This document shows positions 49,575 to 60,789 of a DNA stretch of 64,000 nucleotides, piece after piece. A model generated the notes under the pieces. That model was given only the letters and a program-made list of their open reading frames with translations, did not search any database and was not told the DNA's origin. The translations under genes were made by a program, and so were the position numbers. Within the stretch, counting starts at the first letter, position 1. Each line of letters begins with the position of its first letter. Origin of the DNA: Lama guanicoe (Eukaryota); the NCBI GenBank assembly GCA_013239625.1, contig MU054323.1, positions 19,362,819 to 19,426,818 on the forward strand, in the 5' to 3' direction.

Positions 49575-52500
49575 AAGAAAACCAGCCTGAAATTTTGCAA
49601 AGTTCCTAATGAATCTTATCTTTTAAAGGTATAATGAACTGCTATTATTTTTGATTTTGATAGGTTTTTTTAATATTACATCAACCTACTATAGAATACA
49701 TTTCCTGATGCTTTTGCAAGTTTCTACTGAGTTCAGATTAAAGAAAGAAAGGTTTTTTTAAAAATTTGTTTAATGCTTTGAGAAAATGATGAGAAAATTA
49801 CTTTTTCTGCATGTTGGTTAACTGAACAATGTTACATTGTGTTTCTTTTGTATTCATTTCTCTCTCCAGGGATAATCTTTATGCATTATCCAAATTTACT
49901 ATTGCGACACACAAAAATGATTCCAAGCAAGATTGCTGATCCCTGTTTATACAAATAATTTGAAATATAAATCTTCATACTAGCACTGTTTTTGAAACAT
50001 CATCCCATTATGTGATCACTTCCTGTTCTATTATTTTGATTAACATCTAAAAGAAATCACCAAATTATATAAGATACTACAAAAATACCCTCTTTTAAAA
50101 GAACCTGCCTTTTACCAGAGTTGAAACAGAAAGTCTGCCTTGTTCCTTTCTGTAAGACACTCCTCCTGTGCTGTAGGTATTTGTTCACATTTTTCTCCAA
50201 CATCAGATCATAAACTCTTTAGGGCAGGATCCATCATAATCCATCTTTATAATTCAAAGAGCTTGGCAACAAAAGTGTATCAAAAGTGTTTGTAGAACTG
50301 AGTTCATGTAAGTGATGTATGCTTTAACTATATCACTTTATCCTGTTATTAACCTCTTAGGGAGACTTAGATACTCCATAGAGCATGACCTTCACCAGCC
50401 ATTAACAACTGCACAGCCTGCCTCCTCTGGAGACCAAGACATACCTGCTATTCCTTATCTTCATACCTGCACACCTAGGTACAGGCATGCCAGAAAGAAC
50501 CAACATGTTCAAAGGGTCAAGAGTTACTGTGAACATCTATCCCAGTTTTCCAAGGGCATTCCCTGTTAACATGCATTGTCCTGATGTCCTGTTTTATCTA
50601 CTGGATCCCTCTCACCCTTAAAAGTGTTGCCTTTTGGATTGTAAGTTATATGGTCCTCTATTACCAGCTATGTTTCAGTTATGTCCTTTCATTCTCTGCT
50701 TGGTGACAGGGTCAGTTTTGGGGAAAAAGAAATCAATGATAGGCAAAATTGTGTAGGAAGAAAAGACAGCATAACAGAAAGTTAAGTGGGACATTTTCTG
50801 TTGCTCCTGAATTAGCACCTAAGACCCCAAACTGATATTATACAGGCATAGAGCAGGCCACATTTTAAACAGAATGGAGGAAAATGACAAAGGGTCTCAG
50901 ACGCTTCCCACATAAAGCGGTCAGAGATACAAGATTTAAGTTACATAGGAGATTAGAATTTTAAACTGGATGGATTTCTTTTAAGCTAGAAGTGACAGAG
51001 AGAATTCAGATTCCATCCAATGTTATTTGGGATACTACTTAGCAAGAAAACAAAGTGAAAATCAAGAGTTGAGGACAACGATTAGAGCAAAGTAAAATTT
51101 CAGATTTGCACCTTGCCAAGTTGAGGCTAGTTACGTGCACTCAAATAGCAAGCTTTGTTTTATAAATTTGACCTTTGGAAATTAGTCAAGTGTTCCAAGA
51201 CAAGTGCTCAAGGTCACATGAGCCTGGAAAGGAACCCTGCCTTAGCGTCCAGCAAAGACTGAGTTCTAGCCTGCAGCTTCTGTTCATGTTCTATTCATTA
51301 AATGGCCACTCAGAGATTCACCAATTCGTATCAATGGTTTAATTTAACAGCATCTGACCCATTGGTTAGAACCTGGCTGTAGACCTCAAAGCCCTCCCAA
51401 TCTGTTTTCCTAACCAGTTTCCAATGTCATGCTTTTTCTCCTCCAAATCCATCCTCAAGGCTTGAAAGCAAGGAGGGGGGCCCAACCAGGGGGACTCTTG
51501 CCAGGTAACCTGACTCCCAGGTAACAGTCCTTCCTATCTTAATCTTCTGTACCTGCTTCCCCTACTCTCAGCGACACAAGATTTGAGAAAAGGAAAGCCT
51601 TCCTCATAAAAATGTTGGAAAGGCCAGTCTAAGGGCCGTATTTGCACTTTCAAAGGGTACTCTTTTGAAAACATTCTGAAATACCGTATTAGGTCTCTAG
51701 GTTCCAGAAATGACCCTGATAAGAAAACAAAATCTTCTTTCCTGATCCTACTTAAATTAGCATGAAGTTTAAACTTAGCACTACTAAGTCTCCAGGCCAG
51801 GCTCACTTAGGATTGGCTCCCACTAGGCCAGAGTTGTATCAGGGAGGCTGAGCTCTGCCAAAAACTGTGTAAGTATTAAAGGCTTATCTTAAACGTGGGT
51901 CTTCATTATACCCTTGTCCCTAGGAGCCTCATAGTAAGGTCTTTATGAGATAGAAATCAAACTCATGATTGGTCAAGGGTCAAAGATCTTTTGGCTTCTA
52001 GTTTTATCAGGAACTTGGAACTAACCCCAAGGAGCTCTGCTCCAGGGTATGCAGTCCTCTTCCCATGCCTTTCCTGGCTTGTGAATCAACCAATGTTCAA
52101 CTGCGTGTATACCACTGTGCCAATCTTTCTGGCCCACAGCCACCCACAACTCCCATTATAGGAGAAAGATTAATAACAAATCTTCTTAAGTACTGTAGCC
52201 TAGATTTTAAAAAGGAGAAAATTTTCCATGCATTTTCTTTTCAATACCTCTCACATTATACTAGTAGTCATAAACTATTTATATGTAGTCCCAAGCCTTT
52301 TAAGAGTTTAAGAGAAATGCTGCAGCCTTACCATGCCCCCAGTGCACAAGCACATACACACAGTTCATCAGGAGCTCTTCATCACCATGACCACCACTAC
52401 CAATGGGCCAAATGTACAATTTGGAAAACAAAATCTTAAATCCTGTTACTCACAAGGCAGCTAAGAAACAGACTGGCAAGAAACTCATTTAGCAGAATAA

Positions 52501-52864
52501 ACCACAATAAACAAAGCACATCATAAAATGTTTGAATAGGATTTTAACACCATAAAATGAACCATTATACTTAACTTTGTTCAGGGTACTTTGTTTTGTC
52601 TGCAAAATCTATGATGTTTTTTAAGAGGCAAGAAAGTAAGTTAAAAGCATCAGACTGTCCCACACCCACCCCTCATCTGGAATATTTAGAACAGAACGAA
52701 CCTTGTGCTAGGACTTTTCTGTCTTTCCCATCATGTCACCATCCCACATAGTCATATCCTCAAGGGACTTTTCAGGGAGCCCATATTCTTAGAAAATCAT
52801 GGCGTGCATTTGAGGTGAAGGGACTCATGCTTACCCAAAAATAGTTTGTTCTGATGCCCTGAAA

Positions 52865-53065
52865 AAAGCATGGGTTTTGTAGTGAAGGCAGACCTGGAGT
52901 TAGCTCCTGGCTCCGGCTATGAAAAGTTAGGCTCATTACCTCTCTCAGCCTCGGTTGCTTTATCAGCAAGATATGGAAATTTGATCCCATCTCTGAGTGT
53001 TATATTGACTATAAGTAATACATGTGGAAAAGCTAGCACATAACATTTTGATAAATGCTGTGCAT
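52865..53065 (+). mobile_element. MIR SINE
   Basis: ggcagacctggagttagctcctggctcc...ttacctctctcagcctcggttgctttatc. Confidence 0.6.
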
Positions 53066-53282
53066 ATGAATTTATAGCTGTTAATCAAATGGAGCAGTTT
53101 CCGGATGGCATTTTAATTACATGACACAATATCATTCAAATATGTTCTATAAGTGCTTTAGTTAAGTAGGTCTCATAAGATGGCTACATGAAACATCTGC
53201 TCCACCCCTTTTCTTGTTAATTTTCAATTATTTACCCTTTGGATTTTGGCTAGAAACTCAGTTATTTGCCCTCTAAAATCAC

Positions 53283-53357
53283 CTGAGGAAATGAGGATTT
53301 GTTTGTATACAGTTCAAGACACAATGAAGATTCTGATAACCCACTATGCTGGCAACC
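53283..53357 (-). other. Candidate 75-nt cassette exon
   Basis: Minus strand: ctcatcacctttctttccttatgttctctcag|GGTTGCC...TTTCCTCAG|gtgatt. Long pyrimidine tract, length a multiple of 3, two frames open; peptide not recognised. Confidence 0.3.
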
Positions 53358-56300
53358 CTGAGAGAACATAAGGAAAGAAAGGTGATGAGTAAGGCATCTT
53401 TTCCCAGTTTGATCATAGTTTCAGCAAAACAGCAAAATTCAGCACCACTTAACAGCTTACAATTTTTAACTTTAAATTTGTAATAGAAACAGGAAACTAT
53501 TTTCAAGCCCTCTATTTTTTTCTTTGTTGAAACAAAGTCTGCATTTCTAACCAGCTACATGTAAACAACACTTAAGCAAGCCATCAAGCCACTAACCAAG
53601 AAGGAGAAAACAAGTGATTGAGGTCATTGCTGCAGCGAGGGGGGTACAAGAAAAATATTTTTCAAATGTTATGATGGTCCCCTCATTGCACCACCCTCCA
53701 TTCCAGGGATGGACCTCTTCTAGGCCAGTTATAAAAATCCTAGCAGATTCAAGCCTGGTTAAAACAAAAGCCTTTAAAACAAAAGCCTTTAAGGAATGGG
53801 CATTATCTGCTTTTACCTCCTGAATGATAACTGCAATAGAATTGCTGACTTAGATATTACACTGAACTTTGATGACTCTAGCCTAGCCATCACCCCATAC
53901 AGAAATTGCTCCTGTAACATACCCAAACCACTCCAGTGAGGGAACCATATTAACCTCCTTCCAGGCAACCCATCCTTTCCTGCTACAGTTCCGAAGCTCA
54001 GGAAAACTAGTCATTGAAAATGTTGCAACTGCAGAGCTTCCTTAACAGATGATCTTGACATGGGCCCACCTGAAGACATACAGGGAAAAAGCAGACTTTT
54101 CAGGGCTCCACTGACACCCAGTTAGATGCCTATTGGTAAAGCCTAACGTTGGCAGCAACTCCACCACAAGGATAGGGTGGCTCCTCTGATGCTGCTTACT
54201 CTCAGCAGACAAGGATGCCATGGGTTACAGAAGTGGGGACTTCCAACAGCTGTACGGAATTTAAGGGTCGTTTAGCCCAGTGTTTGAGCCTGAATTTCAA
54301 AGGAAAAGAGAGATCTCTGTCCCCTTTCTTTTATCCTTCTTAATCTAGTCAATATCCAATTATCTAGTTGGCACCTGAAGTGTGCGGAGCCAAATCCTAG
54401 AACAGCAGCACGTTTGAGACCTGAAGCAAGTCAGGCCTCCCCCTGGGTCACCACTTTTCCTCTGTAGAGGGAAGACCCAGTCAGGTGATTTCTGTTTGAC
54501 CAACAGAGGACAAACTGGGAAAACTTGTGCAATGGAACTGGCTTTAATGCCCACTGGCTGAATAATTGAGAAGACTAGATGCTAACTAGATGCATTATGG
54601 TGATCATTCTGCAGCCTACAAAGATATCAAATCATTACACTGTATTCTTTAAATTAACATAATGTTCTGTGTGAATTACACCTCAGAAAAACATGGCTTT
54701 ACCTTACACCTCTCACATGAATTTTCAAAAGAAAATTTACCTCCTACATCTGAACCAGCAAGAAAATTGGATTTTACCAATCAGGTACAATGCCCAAGTC
54801 TTATTCATCTCCGTATCCTCCATGTCCAGAGCAGTGTGGAGCACATAGCAGGTGCTCAGCAAACATTATCTGACCCAAGTGAAGGACTAAAATGTGTCCA
54901 AGGTCTTACCTTCAAATGCATTTCTTCATGTTGGGGATGATCAGAATCACAGGGTTCTCAGCACAGTTTCTCCATATCTGCAGTTAAAGTTTCTGTCCAA
55001 CGATTTGCAGAAGGCAAGCCTGAAGAGCTTCTCAACCTATGGTGTTCAAAAAACAGGAGAAACACACATGAAGAAAAACAAAACTTATTCTCTGACATTA
55101 GTTCCCTTAATGTATGTGTGGTAGAACTTTTCATATTTATATAAGATTTAGGAAAATGCTCAAAAAGGATCTATTTCATAGAAGCATACTTTCTTACTGA
55201 AGTGCCATTTTGACAGCTGCAGAACTGGGCTAAAAGTTACCTCTCATTCTGGTCTTTTCTTAAGTCAAGTTGCAACAGTATGGCTTAAAAATACCAGGGA
55301 GCTCTCTATGCAGGTGACTTGAGAGTAGGATATAGAAAATATAAGTAATAATAGGTTCTCAGGGATCATTTAGACACCTCAAAATGGTGTGTGTGAGAGA
55401 GACAAAATCCAACTATGTGAACTAAACCAACTATAGTTCATTCATTCAGTAAATATTCAGTAAGCACCTACTACATGCCAAGCACTTTGCTAGGTATTGA
55501 AGGTGCAACAGTGATCAAGATGCATATGGCCTCTAGCCTGGCAGGGCTGTGAACCATTCAATCCACACCCCCCACCAACTATCACCACTTTTTTGCCTAA
55601 ATTAGTTTGAATAACAACCAAGAGGATGGTAACTTCAGCTATATTATAAATTAAACTTCTGTGGATTTATCTGTGAAGTTAATCATCACAACTTTTATGA
55701 CAAAAATCTATTTTCCTAACAACTATGCCTGAATTGCTTAAAATTCCCCTGAAAACTCGAAAATCCTTTTCTGGCTTACTCAACACCTAAGAAATCTCAA
55801 ACTTCTATCAATTCTTAAAAAAACATTTTGAATTTAAGTATAACATGATGCAACGCATAGTTTTGTTTCAAGCAATACTATTTTATTCCCTGACACCAGC
55901 TATTCAGGGAACTGATATAGAACTTTCTCTTTTTCCCAACCTGGGTTCTTTTAAAGCCTGTAGATAGTGTTAGACCACACCTCCAAGGCCTCTCTAGTTC
56001 TAACATTTGAAGATAATAATGATAATGACATCTATTTTTAAAATACCATAATGTTAGGTAAAGAAGATGAGTTTATCTTCTACAATGTGATCTTTCCAAA
56101 CTCAGATATGAGGAGGTCACTCGCCAGCTCAGGGTCCAGCAAGAGGAATGTAGAGGATGCGAGAAAAAAAAAAAAATCCCTTCACCAGGACTCTGTGCTG
56201 GGAAATCCGACTACCTGCATCTGCCCTTCACGCCCACACTTCACAAGGCACAGCTGGGAGCAACTTCGACAAGAAATTCACAGGGGAATGCCCCACGCGG

Positions 56301-56486
56301 AGCCCACCCTGGGACACACAGCCACTCACAGCTACCGAGTAGGTGGTTTTCTAGGACTTCAATTTCATGGCCAGGGTCCGCTAGCCCTCTCCCCCACCCC
56401 TGCCCCCCAGGAGCTCTGCCCCCTCCACCCAAAAAAAGGGAGAGGTGGGGAGCTTCTTACCAGCTGAGCTCCATCACACGTGAATC

Positions 56487-57065
56487 CTAACAGAGCGCTT
56501 TCCTGCATTCAATACATTTCCTCCCTTCAATACATTTCTTGTTTGTGTAATTTCTCTCGGACATAATATAGTCAGAATTCCTCCCGGCGGCTTTTCCACG
56601 TAGATTATATTCCTGTCGTTTCTCTTGAGGTTGAGATGGAGCCTGTTGATTAAGGGTTAAGTGGTAACCAAAGGCTTTCTGGCTTTCTTTCCACTCACGA
56701 GGGTTCTCCCCGACAAAAAGGTCTGCAGCTTTTCCTGCCAGTAGATGGTTTTCCCCAAACTTAATCTGCTTTGCAGTGGTCTTTTTGGTTTTAAGTTGAG
56801 GCTTCTGGTCTGCACAGGTGTCTTGGAGAATTCTCCCCTCCATCTTTAGCCCTTCCCGCTCCGCCTGGGCGCTGAGACTGGGTTTCTGCAGAGACGACCT
56901 CCTCCCCACCCCTGAGGCCAGGGTCCGACAGTTCTCCAGCACCACGATCCTACAGGATTTTCTGAGCAGAGTTCAGCAACGCCCCCTCCTCATGGAAGCA
57001 CCCACCGCCGCTTCTTCAAAGGTCACGAAGTTCTTTGACCAGATTGTCAGCGATCCTAGAGCCAT
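56487..57065 (-). pseudogene. ZNF177: Processed (intronless) KRAB zinc-finger pseudogene, ZNF177-like, truncated at the first degenerate finger
   Basis: MALGSLTIWSKNFVTFEEAAV..(fs)EEGALLNSAQKIL..(fs)VVLENCRTLAS..LQKPSLSAQAEREGLKMEGRILQDTCADQKPQLKTKKT is colinear with the recalled ZNF177 N-terminus (MAAGWLTTWSQNSVTFQEVAV...LENFRNLAS...ERGILQGDCADWETQLKPKDT). The leader, KRAB-A, KRAB-B and spacer exons are fused. Two compensating frameshifts expose TGA at 56973. Ends KCIECRKALC*. The symbol names the probable parent gene. Confidence 0.82.
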
Positions 57066-58034
57066 TGCTTCCTTCCCCACCAACCCCTCCTGGAGACCGG
57101 TGGGGTCTTGAGCAGGCACAGAGGTGGAAAGTTGAAAAATTCCCCTTGAAATCTGGGGGGGGAAAAAAAAAAAAGACAAGGACTGCAGTTGTCAGCCCTT
57201 TACCAAGTGATGGTACCAGAGGTCCCAGCCAGGGAAGAAATGCAAGAGCTACTGGCTGGTCCCAGAAGCAGGTAAATGAGAGAAACCCTGGCGCCTTCTT
57301 CACAGGAGTGAACACAGCGTTCTGGCAGTCACGGGGCTTGAAAGGGGTGGAAGGGCCCCGGGGCTGGCCCCGGAGCGCCTGACGCGGCGGGCAGCAGCCG
57401 CCTCCTTCAGGAATTGACGTCAGGTGGGCTCATCAGTCACCAGGGACTAATTAAGCCCCATAATTAAGAGGATTGGATAGTCATGTGAGTGAAGCAGGGA
57501 CTGGTCAAGCAGGGGATGTACAGAGAGCAAGAGAACAGCTATCTTGAATGGACATGGTTAGTCCATTACCTAATCCAAAGTCAGGTACATTGGCATCACC
57601 CAAACAGGAGGAAAAAACCTGAGCAATTCTTGGTGATTAAAATAAAAAAATCTGACTGACTTAATCTATTCTTGATGAAAGCAGAGAATAAAGTAAGATT
57701 CAACCAATCAAGACACGAGGTTAAGCTATGCAGTATACCGTATGTATGTATTTACATGCAATATAATGTGTATGTGCAGTCAAACTGTAATAATTCTACA
57801 TAATAAAGCTGGAAAAGGGAGAAAAAGAGAGAGAAAAGGAATATGTAACTCATGACTGCGTGAGCTATAATAAAAATAAAAAGTATGCATTATATACTTT
57901 AAAAAAAAAGACATTAGGTAGAATTGCAGAGTGGCAAGCTATCTGCACAGGCCCAGGTGGAAACAGAGCCATTACTCTGTGTGACCTAGACTATAACTAT
58001 GAAACTGGGAAGGAACCTACATGACCCTCAAAGA

Positions 58035-58300
58035 GGTAGCATCTTATACAGGTTAAAAACACAAACTCTGCAGTCCAAGTCCAAATCCTAGCTCCACCAT
58101 GGAATATCACTGTAACTTTGGGTAAATCTTTTTATCTTTCTATGCCTCAGTTCCGTCACCTATGGGAATAATATGGGTACCTATCATAGGGGTTTTGGTG
58201 AAGAGGAGAGAGGAGTGAGAATAATGCAAGAATATACGTAGAGTGTTTAACATATTGACTAATACTTGGCAAGCGCTTATAAGATATTAACTATTAGCAT
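58035..58300 (+). mobile_element. MIR SINE
   Basis: ggttaaaaacacaaactctgcagtc...aaatcctagctccacc...ctgtaactttgggtaaat...ctatgcctcagttccgtcacctat. Confidence 0.7.
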
Positions 58301-58878
58301 TATCAAAATCATTATTAACCTCATCAACCTCACCTAGGACAGTCTCTCATTTTACAAGTGAATGAAGCAGCTTTTCTTAGCACTGGTACTAATAAACTGC
58401 AATTATTTAGAACATGCAACATGAGTAATTTATTTTTAATTTTTAATTATCAGATTGATGTCTGAATTTTTATGCACATACATAAACAACAATTTCATGT
58501 GGTTCAAACTAATACTAGTTTTAAGATGATTTACTTAAATAATATAAATTAGGGTACATCAAGGATTAAATCTATTAGTCTTTCATTCTTATATTTATGC
58601 TTGTGCTTCTCTACCCAGCAGCCCAGGCAACGGTTTTTGTAAAGCTCCCCTGGTGATTCGAAGGTGGAGATTTTTTACACTTTCCTGAGTTTAGAGAATC
58701 ACTGCTTTCTACTTTCTCACATGGGAGAGACAAGAATGCAGTCAAAAAGCCTCCAGGAAACCATCATTGATTTAAACCAGTGATTCTCAACCCTGGGACT
58801 GATTAGAATTACCTGAGAAGAACTTAAAGTCCAAATCCCAGCTGAGACCATGTAAATTATATTGATAAGTTTAAAGGA

Positions 58879-59010
58879 GGGGAGCGGATAGCTCAGTGGT
58901 AGAGCAAGTGCTTAGCATGCACGAGGTCCTGGGTTCAACCTCCAGTACCTCCATTAAATAAATAAACCTAATCCCCCCCCCAAAAAAAAGAACGAATAAA
59001 AAAATATAAA
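58879..59010 (+). mobile_element. tRNA-Ala-derived SINE (camelid vic-1 type)
   Basis: ggggagcggatagctcagtggtagagcaagtgcttagcatgcacgaggtcctgggttcaacctccagtacctccattaaataaataaacctaat, then a C-run and A tail. Confidence 0.9.
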
Positions 59011-59055
59011 GTATTAAGTTTATCTCACTTCTATAAAAAAATGCATTTTACTCAC

Positions 59056-59245
59056 AAGAGCCAAGATATGAAACAACTTTTTCTTTTGCCACAGGCAGTA
59101 AGGTGGGGTACTGTTGTGCTGACTTTACTAGTAAGTTTAAATCATGATTTCTGTGCATCCAAAAAAAAGGTTTTTTTTTTAACGTATCTTTGAATCTTTT
59201 GTGGACAGATGGATGGAGCATGTTTAACATAGTTGCAAGGGCATC
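59056..59245 (-). other. Candidate 190-nt exon with an open frame
   Basis: Minus strand: atttccccttgcaag|GATGCC...GGCTCTT|gtgagt. Open frame DALATMLNMLHPSVHKRF...KEKVVSYLGS; protein not recognised, and homopolymer runs argue against coding. Confidence 0.2.
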
Positions 59246-59382
59246 CTTGCAAGGGGAAATCATATTTTTATTCTACATACAAGTAGGGGTACATTATTAA
59301 AGGGCTATATAATATAAGGACTTATCTCTCAAGTATCAGGTGACAATGACCTCTGTAATAATCAATACTCAATGTTTACACC

Positions 59383-59710
59383 TGTCAGCCGAGGAGGGCT
59401 GGAGAGGGATTCGAGGAGTTGAGCTGCCCCAACTCAAAGAAGGCACGAGGAGCTGACATGGAGCGAAACAGCACTTCATTCTAGTACAACAAAATGGCAC
59501 GCCACCAGCGCAGCACACTTGTCCTTTTTATATATTCTGCCCACACATGCATATTGTTCATAATGCTTACTCATGCCATTGGCGCATGCGTATTGTTCAT
59601 AATGCAGACTCACGCTACTAGCGCACGCGTACAATTTACCTCTCACCAGGTGCAAGCTGTTGTGAACTTCGGCCTGGGCCCCACGGCCTACTCACTTAAG
59701 GCTGCCAACA
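59383..59710 (-). mobile_element. Young 328-bp solo LTR with a perfect 5-bp TSD
   Basis: TG...CA termini (tgtcagc/gccaaca); ACACC at 59378-59382 and 59711-59715; minus-strand TATA (atatataaaa), CCAAT and an aatgaa polyA-signal variant; CpG-rich. Confidence 0.88.
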
Positions 59711-60277
59711 ACACCTCTTGAGAGCTAACCGAGCCTTCACAAACTCTTCATATGAGAGCTGACTGCTGATATTGACAAGAGTGCAAACCACCTTGCAGGT
59801 GACGATCCAACAACAGGCCGTTTTCTGTTTTTGCTGTTAAGACAACACTTTCCTCCATTTTTTAATAGTCCTCTCTCCTAATGTAATATCAAAGGAAGGA
59901 GGAGAGTTAGAAGGGAAAGGCGGTAGATTCTGTCCCACAGTATTTTTAGACAGCAGCAATTCATTTCCTTCACCATTCTCATCCCATACTCTTATTCAGT
60001 TAGAATATTGCTATTAAACTTGGTATTGATCCAATAGGCATTTAACTTCGAATTTTAACTTTGGAATGAAGAAAACAGGCATAACTTATTTTTCTGTTAG
60101 CCTAAATAATACTTAGTAATTGTTTGGGTGAGGCTTTTATTTTCAAGAGTCTTTAAACTCTGTGATTTGAATCACCTGACCAAAATTTCTTGGGTACTAT
60201 AAGGTCACCTGTGACTTTTTTGCAGGGAAAAGAATGTGACCAAAGTAATTCTCATCTCTGAGTTGGACAAGTATGCA

Positions 60278-60789
60278 TGTAATAGGGAATAACAAATCTG
60301 ACTCCATATTAGATCTGTTGCTTTAGCTCTAACCCTGTGCTCTGTTTCCTGTGCTGAGTCATGCTGGTTCTGCATCTTTTGTAAAAGAATGTTGCTTATA
60401 GCTTGAAACGTACAGGCTAGCCCATTCTCAAGGCTCTAACCTTTAACTGCGTAACACTTTTCCATTCAGATAGAGATAAAAATTTGCAAAACAGAAAATA
60501 AACTTTGTCTTGTTAGAGGTTTACAGGAAAATCATTAACTGACCTATACACACACCAGAAAAAGGATTCCAACACCAAGAAGTTTGCAACAATCAACCAC
60601 ACCTCCTCCCCTTTTTAGTATAAAAGGAGCCTGAATTCTGACTTGGGTGAGAATGTGCTCCAGGAAGAACTGCCATCTTCTCAGTCTGCTGGCTCTCTGG
60701 ACAAAGCCATTATTCCTTGCCCCAACACCTCATCTCCCGATTCACTGGCCTGTCATACAGCAAGCAGAGCAAGTTTGGACTCAGTAACA
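60278..60789 (+). mobile_element. ERV1 solo LTR, MER41-like
   Basis: tgtaatagggaataacaaatctgactccat...TATAAAA (60619)...attccttgccccaacacctcatctcccgatt...gtttggactcagtaaca. Confidence 0.8.

Noticed and set aside
53761..53790. 15-bp direct repeat (aaaacaaaagccttt x2) and small palindromes such as 3315-3330
   Set aside because: Ordinary slippage or chance-level structures in AT-rich DNA
56487..56945. Functional KRAB zinc-finger CDS
   Set aside because: The authentic ATG frame stops at 56973, KRAB-A is frameshifted, there is no intact C2H2 finger, and an 18-bp duplication sits at 56508-56538. Reported as a pseudogene.
58879..58953. tRNA-Ala(AGC) gene (also at 19262 and 25395-25468)
   Set aside because: The tRNA-like head is followed by the same AT-rich linker, C-run and A tail in all three copies, with no T-run terminator. 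These are SINEs.
59095..59130. Plus-strand 36-nt exon candidate (ttttgccacag|...|gtaagt)
   Set aside because: Opposite to the inferred host strand, with no plus-strand partner exons found
59546..59631. CRISPR-like or other repeat-spacer array
   Set aside because: Contiguous 39-bp tandem units without spacers inside a mammalian LTR; no cas genes, and the DNA is eukaryotic
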